The notes: generated by a model not told the origin, from the letters alone. Shown: positions 18,701 through 29,490, numbered from the whole stretch's first letter. The stretch: DNA of 63,984 nt, filler included, from 4 parts of 4 records of this genome joined end to end with filler, not necessarily neighbours in it, one strand, 5' to 3'. A program made the numbers and translations.

Positions 18701-19327
18701 TTACCATATCCCTCCTTCGAGGAACAGTTTAATATTTAATTTCGGCGTATAGGGTGTTACCGCTAAACTGGGGGATCCACTTGTCGGAGCCCCGTAATAG
18801 ATATAATATTTATTATCCTGCTTTGCCGGCAAGGTCGTTACCGTCAAATTGGTATAGTCGGCATTATTGATCAATACCAGATCACATCCGCTTGAAACGA
18901 TCGAATCCAACCTGGCCGTTGTTGCCGTTTCATAAAAAGCTGAAGTTGTGCTGGTTTGCGTATAAGGCAGTGTTATAGGCGTATGAGTTTGAGTCGTCCA
19001 ATCATTCGTACCGGATAGGGTATAACCTGACGCTGTTTTTTTACCATCATGAATAATATAATACCTATCGTCACCGGATGCAGGGATTGAAACCGTCCCG
19101 GCACTCTTATAATTCGTGCCATTTATTGTAAAAGTTGTTGTGTTACTATTTGATGTCGTATTTGACGTTAACGAAAGATTCGTTCCCATAACGACAGAAT
19201 AAGTCGCGGCTGTCCCACTTTCGGTTAAAGGTAGCATTTGTTCCGTATAATCATTACCGCTATAATTTATGACTGCAAATAGGAAACTGAAGAATACGAG
19301 AGGTACTGTAAGGAATATTTTTTTCAT
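18701..19327 (-). CDS. Secreted Thr/Ser-rich hypothetical protein ending in LNIKLFLEGGIW
   Basis: Signal peptide MKKIFL...FLFA; no catalytic motif recognised. Confidence 0.8.
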   Translation of the reverse strand: MKKIFLTVPLVFFSFLFAVINYSGNDYTEQMLPLTESGTAATYSVVMGTNLSLTSNTTSNSNTTTFTINGTNYKSAGTVSIPASGDDRYYIIHDGKKTASGYTLSGTNDWTTQTHTPITLPYTQTSTTSAFYETATTARLDSIVSSGCDLVLINNADYTNLTVTTLPAKQDNKYYIYYGAPTSGSPSLAVTPYTPKLNIKLFLEGGIW

Positions 19328-19460
19328 GGTTGTAACCTTTCTTCTCTCTAATGTATTTTAATATAGTCTGATTATGAGGCAATTACAAGATTATTATCAT
19401 ATACGATAAAAACCTATTTCTAAAGAAATATGCTAAATAAAATGTTCTATATATCAGCTG

Positions 19461-20486
19461 CTAAAAAGCACCTTCTAAAAACACACGAATATTCAGCACC
19501 AGTGGAGCCTGAATATAGTACCATCCCCATTCACGAGGTATGTTATGACTATTATCTAAATGATAATCCACTGTGTTTATAAAGGGGCCATCTTCGTCCG
19601 AACTGCTATAGTAGATTATACCCGATACTCCTCCGGCTATGACAGAAGCATCATCAAACGCTGAACTTCGAACAATTGAATTGCTTACCTTTAAGCTTAA
19701 TGATAGTGAATTTAAATCACCATTATCATCTGTATTATTCCAAAATACACAGCTGTCCAATTGCGCACTCTCTCTTTTCTCAAATGTCAGAGCTGAACCT
19801 ATGCTTGCAATGTTATTGACAAATGTGCAATGATCAAAAACGGCATCTCCGTTTTGAGTTCTATTCTCTTCTGAGTATACAGCTCCACCCATGACGGCAA
19901 GGTTGGAATCAAACAAACAATACTTAAAAGTCACCGCATTCTGTATTGTTGCCGCACCACCGCCACTCGTACTTTGATTATTTTTAAAATGACAATCGGA
20001 AATGATTGGAGAGGCTCCATTTTCCAGTAGGATGCCTCCTCCCCCTTTTCCATCATCTGCGTATCCATCCCGGATCACAAAACCGTCCAATACGGTTGTA
20101 GAGCTTAAAACACCCGAGTAAGATAGAACATGGTAGGAATTATCGGTAATATCGTCCTGTATCCCTATATCACCACTTAGGATCGAATACTTATTGTGAA
20201 AATCCCTATCATCCAGGGAAACTTCACCACCATAAAAACCACCGTACAATTTTACACCCTCTTTCAGGATAAAACTGTCATGACGATCGCTTCCGGGTGT
20301 GTATGTTCCCTGAGCGACCCATATCTCATCTCCGGACTGTGCGGCGTTCAGGGCATTTTGCAGTGAACCATATGCACCTTGCCAGAATCCATCACTTAAG
20401 TCATTATCGACATAAATAATATCAGCATATGAACACACTGTCACTGCAGTTAAAATAAATGCTATTTTAAGGAATATTTTCTTCAT
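19461..20486 (-). CDS. Secreted right-handed beta-helix (pectin-lyase/Pmp-like) protein ending in LNIRVFLEGAF
   Basis: Signal peptide; IIYVD...LQNAL...GDEIWVAQGTY, ILSGDIG and repeated GGA/FxxN motifs. Confidence 0.8.
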   Translation of the reverse strand: MKKIFLKIAFILTAVTVCSYADIIYVDNDLSDGFWQGAYGSLQNALNAAQSGDEIWVAQGTYTPGSDRHDSFILKEGVKLYGGFYGGEVSLDDRDFHNKYSILSGDIGIQDDITDNSYHVLSYSGVLSSTTVLDGFVIRDGYADDGKGGGGILLENGASPIISDCHFKNNQSTSGGGAATIQNAVTFKYCLFDSNLAVMGGAVYSEENRTQNGDAVFDHCTFVNNIASIGSALTFEKRESAQLDSCVFWNNTDDNGDLNSLSLSLKVSNSIVRSSAFDDASVIAGGVSGIIYYSSSDEDGPFINTVDYHLDNSHNIPREWGWYYIQAPLVLNIRVFLEGAF

Positions 20487-20693
20487 TCAGCCTCTCTCAA
20501 TGCCCAAAAATACTCTTGTATAATGGCTTAAACAAGCGGTTTTGAATTGTTGACCTATTATTAACCGCCCCCTTACTTTTTATTAATAATAATGACGAAT
20601 ATTTAATATTACATGTGTATCTTGAGTACATAATATGCTTGATTCTTATGTAAAGCTTAACGAAATTCCTATTACAGTTAAAAAGGACTTTGA

Positions 20694-21701
20694 ATGAAGA
20701 AATTGATTTTTGCTTTAATACTTATGATCAGCATGCTTTTAGGTACAGAATTATCAGTAGGTATTACAGGGAATAATCGCGGACTGCTAACACCTTGTGG
20801 CTGCACCATTCCCAGTGGCGGACTGGCAAGGATATCAAGCATGCTGGATAATATCAAAGGTCCACATATTCGTATTGCAGCCGGCAATCAGTTCTTTCAT
20901 CATACACCCATGCCGAAAGAAGATCAGATATTTGAACAACAAAAAGCGGCTTTCCAGGCCAGCATGTTCTCTGAATTAGAGTATGATGTGATCAATATAG
21001 GTCAATTTGACCTATGCTATGGATTAAATGTCTTAAAGTCCATTCAAAATAAATTCTCACTTCCATTCATATCGGCCAATATATTGGACATGGATGATAA
21101 CCGTGCTTTCCCGGCATATAAGATCATTGAAACAGATGATGTAAGCGTGATGTTCATTGGAATATGCTTGCTGAGTGACGGCCACAATTTCAAGATCGCA
21201 GATCCCTTAAAAAGTTTGATCGATCTAAAGGATAGCGGTATCTTTAGTAAAGCCGATCTTGTTATTTTACTTGCAGATACACCCGCAAAAATGCTATCCG
21301 ATTATGTCAAAGATCATGATGGGATCGATATTATTATTGGATCAAAAGAACATGCTTTTACAAAGCTTCCTATCCATTATAAAAATACAGCATTGGTCCA
21401 ACTGGGATCTCAAGGCAAGTATTTTGGACAATTAGATATCACTTTTAAAGAAAACGATATGAAATGGGTTGATATCACACCCAACCGGCATGCGATCGAT
21501 GCTGCACAAACAGCCATAAAAGAGAACAGAGAAATTGCAGGTAAATTTCAAAAACAGCTAAGAAGACAACGTAAAAAACTAAGATCCAAGCTAAAGAAAA
21601 ATCCTAATTATTATAATTGGCACATGACACTTTTGGATAATTCAATTAAAGATGATCCGAAAATAAAGAAGCGTGTAGAAGAATATACGCCCTATCCATA
21701 A
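20694..21701 (+). CDS. UshA-like (5'-nucleotidase fold) secreted protein with a CGC motif
   Basis: GLLTPCGC...GGLARI, AAGNQF, INIGQFD, FISANI, IDIIIG and GSQGKYFGQLDI. Confidence 0.7.
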   Translation: MKKLIFALILMISMLLGTELSVGITGNNRGLLTPCGCTIPSGGLARISSMLDNIKGPHIRIAAGNQFFHHTPMPKEDQIFEQQKAAFQASMFSELEYDVINIGQFDLCYGLNVLKSIQNKFSLPFISANILDMDDNRAFPAYKIIETDDVSVMFIGICLLSDGHNFKIADPLKSLIDLKDSGIFSKADLVILLADTPAKMLSDYVKDHDGIDIIIGSKEHAFTKLPIHYKNTALVQLGSQGKYFGQLDITFKENDMKWVDITPNRHAIDAAQTAIKENREIAGKFQKQLRRQRKKLRSKLKKNPNYYNWHMTLLDNSIKDDPKIKKRVEEYTPYP

Positions 21702-21759
21702 TTAAGAAACAATAACCAAACTTCAAGAGACAGTAAATTACTTATTGAAATTTACTAGC

Positions 21760-21813
21760 ACTTCGTAGCTTTCTTGAGCACCGTAGCTTCAGCGAAGGTG
21801 ATAGCGCAGAAGT
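21760..21813. repeat. Nested REP-like palindromic element between convergent genes
   Basis: CACTTCGTAGCT...AGCGCAGAAGTG encloses CACCGTAGCTTCAGCGAAGGTG. Confidence 0.45.
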
Positions 21814-21828
21814 GTTTCTTGTTTTGCT

Positions 21829-24408
21829 TTATTCAGGTAAAACCACTGTTCTACTTTTTCTTCCTACCTTATTAAAAGCGGCTATCTTTACGATTTGCCC
21901 CTCTTTGATTTCAAAAGGTTTTGAATATTGTTTAGAATTATTTTGCGGTTCACTTCCATCCAGGGTATATCTTAGGATCAACCCGGGAAACCTGATATTA
22001 GCTTTCAAAATATGATCTTCAATGATGGCACCAGGTAAGGGAATACGGTAATTTACCCGGTATTGGTCTAACTTGGGTAACTCGTGGTGACCGACTTTAG
22101 TTACAAATTGACTCCAATCCTTGTTCTTCAACATATTGGCAAATTTATCATTTTCAACAACAGACCAAAATGGTTGTCCCGACCAGGTTCTTTCAGCTAG
22201 TCCAAAGATCTTAGGAAACGCCATATACTCCATGCGATCCCAGGTCCTCATTGTTTCACTCCAAAGAGTTCCAGACATACCAAGTAAATTTCTTTTCCCT
22301 TCTTCGGTCAGTTTTACCTTGCCCTCGAACATCTCCTCTGTAACCGGATCGCCATATAAGGTTGTTTCGGCACATTTTGTAATATCATAAGGTGTAAATT
22401 CCCATGCCGAACGGGTATCGGTATATCCTCCCCAGTACAATCCGGGTTCCTGAGGATCACGATTATAGGCAAAATCAAAATAGAAGTTATTGGCACTTAG
22501 CATAACAATGGGAAATCCTTCATTTGCCAGCTTATAGCCCAGATCTTCTGCACCCCAACCCCATACGTTGTTCCAGATATAGGCAATCAAACCATCATCG
22601 ACCAAACTTGAGTCCGGAACGCGGGTTCTTCCTTCATGTTTACAAGCGATCTCTTCCCAACCCGCAGTATGAACATTATATTCATCAAGCATAGCTTTGA
22701 TACGTGTCGTGAAATATTTATGCAACTCAGAAGGATGACTATACTCTTCGGAACTTTCAAGAAAGGCCTGACAGACCGGTGAATTGGCAAAAGCGCCTCT
22801 TGGGACTTCATCTCCACCAATATGCAGGACATTCAATGGAGCATCCGCCTCCTTATACATTGAAACAAGTTCATCAATGACAAGTTGTGCAAAATTATAT
22901 GTGGACTCCATGCAGGGATTTGCAGTATTATCGTGATACCTTTGCGCAGAAGTATAATAGGTATCATCTTCAAAATCTGTCAGCAAATACATAAGAGCCG
23001 AATCGGTTTCATTTTTTTCCATATAACGGTCATAACGCACTTCCATTGCCTTTACGGCCGATCTCATATGTCCGGGCATGTCAATTTCTGGAATGACCTC
23101 GATATGTCTGCTTTTTGCAAAACGAAGAAGCTCAATAAAATCTTCCCGGCTGTAATATCCGCTGCCATTCCCAACATTCGGATCAGCATAGGGTCCGGAG
23201 CCCAAGGTTGGTTGGAGATGATCCTTTCCATCTTCGGTATGCCCACGAAATGCACCGATCTCAGTTAGCTCGGGTAAAGATTTGATCTCAACTCTCCATC
23301 CTTCGTCATCTGTAATGTGAAAGTGGAGTTTATTCAGTTTATAAGAAGAGATAAGATCCATGAATTTCATGATATTTTCTTTACTATGAAATGAACGGGA
23401 CACATCTATATGCATTCCACGGTACGGGAAGGTGGGAGCATCATTGATCGTTATATTCGGAACCAGCAATTCGGTTTCATATTTCTTATCAAGATCTGCA
23501 GGAATAAGAGCCAACAAGCTTTGGATACCGTAGAAAACACCCACACTTCCAGCTCCCATGATGACAATACCTTCATCAGGATCAATATCAAGAGTATATG
23601 ATTCGGGACGACCTTCTCCATTGATTAAAACGATACGGTCGGCAGCAAATTCAGTAAAATCATCATTACGATATTTAAATCTTTTTACATTTACACCAAG
23701 ATAGTCTCTCAGTTTTTCTTGAAGAAAACGAGCTTCATTGAACAAACTGGAATGATAATATATGGCCATTTCTTTATTGATCGCGAAATTACCACCTTTC
23801 AGCGCTTGTTTTACCGGTGACGGAAGAACTGCTTTAAGCTCATCATCATTCATTTTTTCGATCATTTCATTTTCATGATAGCGAATTTCAGCAGTCTGAA
23901 CTTTTAAATTATCTCTTACTGATCTTTTCAAAGGATAATCAGCCGGAAAAGGAAGTACTTTTGTTTTTTCAGATTCAATGATCACTTCTTTACCGATGCC
24001 TTGCTTGATAATAAAATAACAACCTGTTATGGCATCAGTTTTATGGATCGCATAGTGAGTACCGATCAAAGGAAAAGTAATACTTTCACCCGGCGCCAGC
24101 TCTTCAAATAATTCGGTAGGAGTTAATTTACTAAGATCGCCATTTATGGTCTCTCCATCTACGATCTTCGTTTCCTGTTCATCAACCACTGAACGAAACC
24201 AATTGAAGTACATCGTCCAATTATCATTTTTCAAGCTATACTTGGAATTATTTGTAAGGGTGATCTCACATTTGTGATGATTTCCCTCCGACCCGTATTG
24301 GTTTTCGACCAATTGCCAGGAAACATCTATTGTTCCGGAGGTTTTATTGCATGATGCCATGATCGTTAACACCATAATAAACAGCATTACATTCTTGATT
24401 ATCCTCAT
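21829..24408 (-). CDS. GH20 beta-N-acetylhexosaminidase/chitobiase (lipoprotein)
   Basis: Lipobox MASC; YRGMHIDVSR, HFHITDDEGWR, PEIDMPGH, catalytic HIGGDE and LWSET. Confidence 0.93.
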   Translation of the reverse strand: MRIIKNVMLFIMVLTIMASCNKTSGTIDVSWQLVENQYGSEGNHHKCEITLTNNSKYSLKNDNWTMYFNWFRSVVDEQETKIVDGETINGDLSKLTPTELFEELAPGESITFPLIGTHYAIHKTDAITGCYFIIKQGIGKEVIIESEKTKVLPFPADYPLKRSVRDNLKVQTAEIRYHENEMIEKMNDDELKAVLPSPVKQALKGGNFAINKEMAIYYHSSLFNEARFLQEKLRDYLGVNVKRFKYRNDDFTEFAADRIVLINGEGRPESYTLDIDPDEGIVIMGAGSVGVFYGIQSLLALIPADLDKKYETELLVPNITINDAPTFPYRGMHIDVSRSFHSKENIMKFMDLISSYKLNKLHFHITDDEGWRVEIKSLPELTEIGAFRGHTEDGKDHLQPTLGSGPYADPNVGNGSGYYSREDFIELLRFAKSRHIEVIPEIDMPGHMRSAVKAMEVRYDRYMEKNETDSALMYLLTDFEDDTYYTSAQRYHDNTANPCMESTYNFAQLVIDELVSMYKEADAPLNVLHIGGDEVPRGAFANSPVCQAFLESSEEYSHPSELHKYFTTRIKAMLDEYNVHTAGWEEIACKHEGRTRVPDSSLVDDGLIAYIWNNVWGWGAEDLGYKLANEGFPIVMLSANNFYFDFAYNRDPQEPGLYWGGYTDTRSAWEFTPYDITKCAETTLYGDPVTEEMFEGKVKLTEEGKRNLLGMSGTLWSETMRTWDRMEYMAFPKIFGLAERTWSGQPFWSVVENDKFANMLKNKDWSQFVTKVGHHELPKLDQYRVNYRIPLPGAIIEDHILKANIRFPGLILRYTLDGSEPQNNSKQYSKPFEIKEGQIVKIAAFNKVGRKSRTVVLPE

Positions 24409-24428
24409 TTTTTCCCTTTCCCATCATT

Positions 24429-25268
24429 TCAACCCCAGAAGGATGAAAATTTCTTGATTATTTTTACTTCATTATTTCTTACGGCTTGTTGCCCTACTTC
24501 AATTAACTCTTCCACATGCTCAAAATCCATGTTATAAGCACCTTTGTATGCCTCAATTGCCACCGTTGCTTTTACCTTGCGGTGAGTATTCTTCAATGCA
24601 CAGGACATGGATCTGAACATGACCTCAAAACTATTCTTCATATCAATTCGATTTACTCGCCTTAAGGGTGCGACATCCACAGAAAGAACCTTTCGATATC
24701 CCATTTCATGAGCAATATTGACGGGCATATTATCGGCAAAAGCACCATCGACATATAACCCATCTATCATATCATAGGGCTCAAAGAACGGAGGGATCGC
24801 CATGGAGCATCGGATCGCTTCTGCCAGATTGCCTTCTTTGAATATCTTTTCTCGACCACTTAAAAGATCAACTGCATTGGTTATAAAAGGGATAACGGTA
24901 TCTTCAATTTTAATATCTTCCGTGATCTCTTTAAGCTTTAAAAGGATCTTTTCTCCCGATTCAGCTCCTCTCTTGGTCCGCAAATGGTTCAATGCCTCTC
25001 CTGCTTGAAAAACACGGACAAGCGGCCCTTCTCCCCATTTCAAAGTCTGCATGGTCGAAACCATGTTCTTGATCTTAAATTCCTTGATCATATAATTCTC
25101 TATCCATTCGATAGATCTGCCGGATGCATACACACCACCAACAACGGAACCCATAGAAGTTCCAATGATCAAGGAGGGTTTTAACTCCAATCGTTCCAGT
25201 TCTTTAAGAACTCCGATATGGTCGATGCCGTTACCACCACCACCAGAAAGAACGAGTGCCCATTTCAT
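24429..25268 (-). CDS. Patatin-like phospholipase
   Basis: LSGGGGNG, GTSMG and DGA motifs. Confidence 0.9.
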   Translation of the reverse strand: MKWALVLSGGGGNGIDHIGVLKELERLELKPSLIIGTSMGSVVGGVYASGRSIEWIENYMIKEFKIKNMVSTMQTLKWGEGPLVRVFQAGEALNHLRTKRGAESGEKILLKLKEITEDIKIEDTVIPFITNAVDLLSGREKIFKEGNLAEAIRCSMAIPPFFEPYDMIDGLYVDGAFADNMPVNIAHEMGYRKVLSVDVAPLRRVNRIDMKNSFEVMFRSMSCALKNTHRKVKATVAIEAYKGAYNMDFEHVEELIEVGQQAVRNNEVKIIKKFSSFWG

Positions 25269-26442
25269 AAACACTACCCATATTTTTTAGTATCATTGAA
25301 AGACTGTCCTCGGTCTTATTGACTTTTCGAGGATCAGAAATTATATATAGATTTACTTGTCTGTCCATAAAATCCGTCGTTGCCAGATAACAGCCATCTG
25401 CAGATATATCAAGCCCTGTAGGCTGATTTCCTTGAGCCCAGGATGTGAAAGTCTGGAAAGATTCCGTATCGATCACTACGATGTCACCATCTCTTGGACT
25501 GGGAAGAGTATAACCGTTGGGATTATTTGGCCCACGGCAAGAAACAAAAAGGTATTTCCCGTCAGGTGTTAGGCGAATGGTGTTGGGATGACTGTCAACC
25601 TCCATCGTTGCTACGGTTTTTCTCTTTATCCAATCGTATTTGTATACCAATGCAAAACGCATATCATCGTAATAAAGCATCTTTTTCTTCGGATCAAATC
25701 GAACATCCCTCATAGCAGAACGCCATTCAAGCATGGTTTCAACTTTTTTCCCTGTCCGCACATCAAAAACCTCTATCCCACAATCAGTGCTGTTCGCTCC
25801 ACCGTAAAGTGTAACGGCAAGAGTGTCATTGCCTATCCAAGCCAATCCCCGGGGAATTTGGGATGTTTTCAGGTTGCGTATGACCCGATGTCGATCAACA
25901 TCAAATATGGATATACGTTTCGACACCCAATGTGACATAGCAACTTGCTCTTGATTTGGAGAGAATTCAAGTGACTTGGTCCAGTCCCCCCCGGTATATC
26001 GAGCGGGTTGCAGTGAATCTATTTTGGGATCATAAATAAAATATTCACCCGTGGTCATACGTGTGAACCAAAAATTACCATCCTCTTCCCTGAATACACC
26101 TTCGGCATAGCCATAATCATTTGCAGGATTTTCACATCCGGGATAAATAGTTTTGATCTTTTCGAATGGATCTACGGAATAAATTTGAACAGCTTGGCGC
26201 CTCTGTCCCAGCAACGTTACATAAACATACTTTCCATCCGGAGAAAATGTGCAGCTCTTTGGAGAACTTCCGGTTCGGGCTGTTTTTCTGAAATATGGGA
26301 AGCTATTGCTATATTGCCAATCATCAGCGATCAGGGAGTCTTTGATCTGGTCAACGGTAAATACATCATTATACATTAACTCCCCACCGAAAACAGGGAG
26401 AATGAACACGATCAGAAGTAAAAATATTATATTTTTTTGCAC
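25231..26442 (-). CDS. Secreted YVTN/YncE-like beta-propeller protein
   Basis: Repeated blades (FSPDGKYVYV, LTPDGKYLFVS, PTGLDISADG). Probable GTG start at 26442 with a GAGGA SD. Confidence 0.8.
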   Translation of the reverse strand: MQKNIIFLLLIVFILPVFGGELMYNDVFTVDQIKDSLIADDWQYSNSFPYFRKTARTGSSPKSCTFSPDGKYVYVTLLGQRRQAVQIYSVDPFEKIKTIYPGCENPANDYGYAEGVFREEDGNFWFTRMTTGEYFIYDPKIDSLQPARYTGGDWTKSLEFSPNQEQVAMSHWVSKRISIFDVDRHRVIRNLKTSQIPRGLAWIGNDTLAVTLYGGANSTDCGIEVFDVRTGKKVETMLEWRSAMRDVRFDPKKKMLYYDDMRFALVYKYDWIKRKTVATMEVDSHPNTIRLTPDGKYLFVSCRGPNNPNGYTLPSPRDGDIVVIDTESFQTFTSWAQGNQPTGLDISADGCYLATTDFMDRQVNLYIISDPRKVNKTEDSLSMILKNMGSVYEMGTRSFWWWW

Positions 26443-26598
26443 GAAATTCCTCAATTTATTTATATCAATGTAAAATAGATTATTTTTGGCGAATAATAAA
26501 TGATTTTTGCAAAAAAACTTACATTTCATTCTACAATATTATAACACTCCGAACATTTTTTTATTATATTAAACCGCACTAAAGTAGAGGACTTATAC

Positions 26599-28251
26599 AT
26601 GAAGAACTTTTCACTATTACATAAAGCGAGAACGGGGTATGAACCCAAGCTCCCGTCCGTTTTTAAGAATGGCCCAGCTGTTAAGATCGTTAATGGAGAA
26701 GCCAGCAAATCTGTTGCTGATCAAGATAAGATCAAAGCACTGTTCCCCAAGACATATGGCATGCCCAGTATCGGTTTTGAAGCAATTGAAAAAGCCGGTT
26801 ACGAACCATTGAATCTCGGCGTTATCCTCTCCGGTGGACAGGCTCCGGGTGGACACAACGTGATCGCGGGCCTTTACGACGGTTTAAAAGCCTGTCATCC
26901 CGATTCAAAACTATACGGTTTTCTCGGTGGTCCTTCTGGTTTGACGGATAACGAATACCGCGAATTGACAGCTGAATTTATTGCAGATTTCAGAAATACC
27001 GGTGGATTCGATATGATCGGTTCAGGTCGTACCAAATTGGAAAAAGAAGAGCAATATGAAGAAACCCTGAAAAACTGCAAAGCATTGGGCATTGAAGCCC
27101 TTGTTATTATCGGCGGTGACGATTCCAACACAAACGCAGCCGTTCTTGCAGAATACTTTGCTCAAAAAGATGCCGGCGTTTCGGTTATCGGTGTTCCCAA
27201 GACCATTGATGGGGACCTGAAAAACGAAATGATCGAAGCTTCTTTCGGTTTTGATACAGCAACCAAAGTTTACAACGAACTTATCGGTAATATTCAACGT
27301 GACGCGAACTCAGCCAAAAAATACTGGCACGTCATCAAATTGATGGGTCGTTCGGCTTCGCATATCGCTCTTGAATGTGCGCTGCGCACCCGGGCGAACT
27401 ACGCTATTATCTCAGAAGAAGTTGAAGACAAAAAACAAACTCTTCACGAGATCGTTGATGACCTCACTGAAGTCGTTGTAAAGCGTTCAAATAACAACGA
27501 AGAATTCGGCGTAATGATCGTTCCCGAAGGCCTGATCGAATTCATTCCTGAAATGAAGGAACTGATAAGTGAATTGAACGAACTGATGGCTGAAAAAGAA
27601 GATGCTTTAAGCTATATAGATGATGCAGACGATAAACGCGAATATATAATTGATCATCTTGATGAAAACACTTCAGAGCTGTACAGATCTCTTCCTAAAG
27701 AAATAGCTGAACAGTTGATCATGGAACGTGATCCACACGGTAACGTTCAGGTTTCTCTGATCGAGACCGAAAAACTGCTTGTCCTGATGATCAAAGACAG
27801 ACTTGCCGAGTTGAAAAAAGAAGGCAAGTTCAGTGGTAGTTTTAAAACTCATACGCATTTCTTCGGTTACGAAGGCCGTTGTTCTTTCCCCTCAAACTTC
27901 GATGCGGATTATTGTTATGCACTTGGCTATACGGCATCATTGCTGGCTGAGAATAAATGCACCGGTTATATGTCTTCCGTCCGCAACCTGAAAGACAATG
28001 CAAGCAATTGGATCCCCGGCGGTACTCCTATGACCATGATGATGAACATGGAACGTCGTCACGGGAAAGATAAACCCGTGATCAAAAAGGCCTTGGTCGA
28101 ACTTGATGGCAAACCATTCAAGACCTATGTTGCAAACCGCAATAAATGGGCTGTTGAAACATCATATACTTACCCCGGCCCCATTCAGTATTACGGTCCA
28201 AAGGAAGTATCCGAGATCAAAACACAAACTTTAGAATTAGAACATCAATAA
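26599..28251 (+). CDS. pfp: Pyrophosphate-dependent 6-phosphofructokinase (long form)
   Basis: SGGQAPGGHN, IGGDDSNTNA, GVPKTIDGDL and MGRSASH. Confidence 0.95.
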   Translation: MKNFSLLHKARTGYEPKLPSVFKNGPAVKIVNGEASKSVADQDKIKALFPKTYGMPSIGFEAIEKAGYEPLNLGVILSGGQAPGGHNVIAGLYDGLKACHPDSKLYGFLGGPSGLTDNEYRELTAEFIADFRNTGGFDMIGSGRTKLEKEEQYEETLKNCKALGIEALVIIGGDDSNTNAAVLAEYFAQKDAGVSVIGVPKTIDGDLKNEMIEASFGFDTATKVYNELIGNIQRDANSAKKYWHVIKLMGRSASHIALECALRTRANYAIISEEVEDKKQTLHEIVDDLTEVVVKRSNNNEEFGVMIVPEGLIEFIPEMKELISELNELMAEKEDALSYIDDADDKREYIIDHLDENTSELYRSLPKEIAEQLIMERDPHGNVQVSLIETEKLLVLMIKDRLAELKKEGKFSGSFKTHTHFFGYEGRCSFPSNFDADYCYALGYTASLLAENKCTGYMSSVRNLKDNASNWIPGGTPMTMMMNMERRHGKDKPVIKKALVELDGKPFKTYVANRNKWAVETSYTYPGPIQYYGPKEVSEIKTQTLELEHQ

Positions 28252-28263
28252 AGGAGCGATAAA

Positions 28264-29355
28264 ATGTCAATTAAACCTAATTTAAAACCCGGCGTTATTA
28301 CCGGAAAAGTTCTTTTGGACGTTTTCGAATACGCAAAGGAAAACAAATTTGCTTTCCCTGCTGTTAATGTCATCGGGTCAAGTTCCGTAAATGGCGCCCT
28401 TCAGGCAGCAAAAGAAGCCAAATCAGCCATTATGATCCAGTTTTCCAATGGTGGTGCTGTATTCAATGCAGGTAAACTCTTGGATAATACAGATCAAAAA
28501 GCCGCTGTTGCAGGTTCAATCGCAGGTGCATTGCACGTTCGTGAAATGGCAAAGCATTATGGCGTTCCGGTTATTCTGCATACAGACCATTGTGCAAAGA
28601 AACTCCTTCCCTGGATCGACGGACTTCTTGATGCCAGCGAAGCTTACTACAAAGAACACGGTGAACCCCTGTTCTCCTCTCATATGATCGACCTTTCGGA
28701 AGAATCTTTGGAAGACAATCTTGAGATCAGTAAAAAATATCTCGAACGTATGTCAAAGATCGATATGCTTCTGGAGATCGAACTCGGTGTAACCGGTGGT
28801 GAAGAAGACGGAGTTGACAATACGAATATTGACAACTCTTTACTCTACACACAGCCTGAAGAAGTCAATAAAGCTTATGAAGAATTAAGCAAGATCAGCC
28901 CGATGTTCACCATCGCTGCTTCTTTCGGTAACGTGCACGGCGTCTACAAACCCGGTAATGTTGTATTAACACCGAAAATTCTCGTGAATTCACAAAAATA
29001 CATCTCTGAAAAACACGGCTTGGGTGAAAAACCCGTGAACTTCGTCTTCCATGGCGGTTCCGGTTCAGCTCCCGAAGAGATCGAAGAAGCCATCTCATAC
29101 GGTGTTATCAAGATGAATATCGATACGGATACGCAGTGGGCCTACACCAAACCCGTCAAAGACTATATGGATGAGTTTGATGCTTACCTGCAAGGTCAGA
29201 TCGGAAACCCTGAAGGTCCCGATAAACCCAATAAGAAAAAATACGATCCACGCGCATGGGTCATCGCCGGTGAAAAAGGTTTCACCAAACGTCTTGTTGA
29301 GGCATTTAAAGATCTTAACGGTTTCGATCAGTTCGACTACCTGTACGAAGATTAG
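28264..29355 (+). CDS. fbaA: Class II fructose-bisphosphate aldolase
   Basis: LHTDHC, SSHMIDLS, GGEEDG, FGNVHG, VFHGGSG and KMNIDTD. Confidence 0.96.
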   Translation: MSIKPNLKPGVITGKVLLDVFEYAKENKFAFPAVNVIGSSSVNGALQAAKEAKSAIMIQFSNGGAVFNAGKLLDNTDQKAAVAGSIAGALHVREMAKHYGVPVILHTDHCAKKLLPWIDGLLDASEAYYKEHGEPLFSSHMIDLSEESLEDNLEISKKYLERMSKIDMLLEIELGVTGGEEDGVDNTNIDNSLLYTQPEEVNKAYEELSKISPMFTIAASFGNVHGVYKPGNVVLTPKILVNSQKYISEKHGLGEKPVNFVFHGGSGSAPEEIEEAISYGVIKMNIDTDTQWAYTKPVKDYMDEFDAYLQGQIGNPEGPDKPNKKKYDPRAWVIAGEKGFTKRLVEAFKDLNGFDQFDYLYED

Positions 29356-29363
29356 TTTATTCC

Positions 29364-29386
29364 GGCCGGGCAGCCCTTGCCCGGCC
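29364..29386 (+). terminator. GC-rich hairpin after fbaA
   Basis: GGCCGGGCA-GCCCT-TGCCCGGCC. Confidence 0.55.
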
Positions 29387-29490
29387 TATCTTTCCCCCTT
29401 ATTAACTTGACTTACACAGCTCTAATTTGTATTATAACTTTAGACATATTTTTACTAAATACGTTTTGTTCTAACTCTTAAGGATCAACT

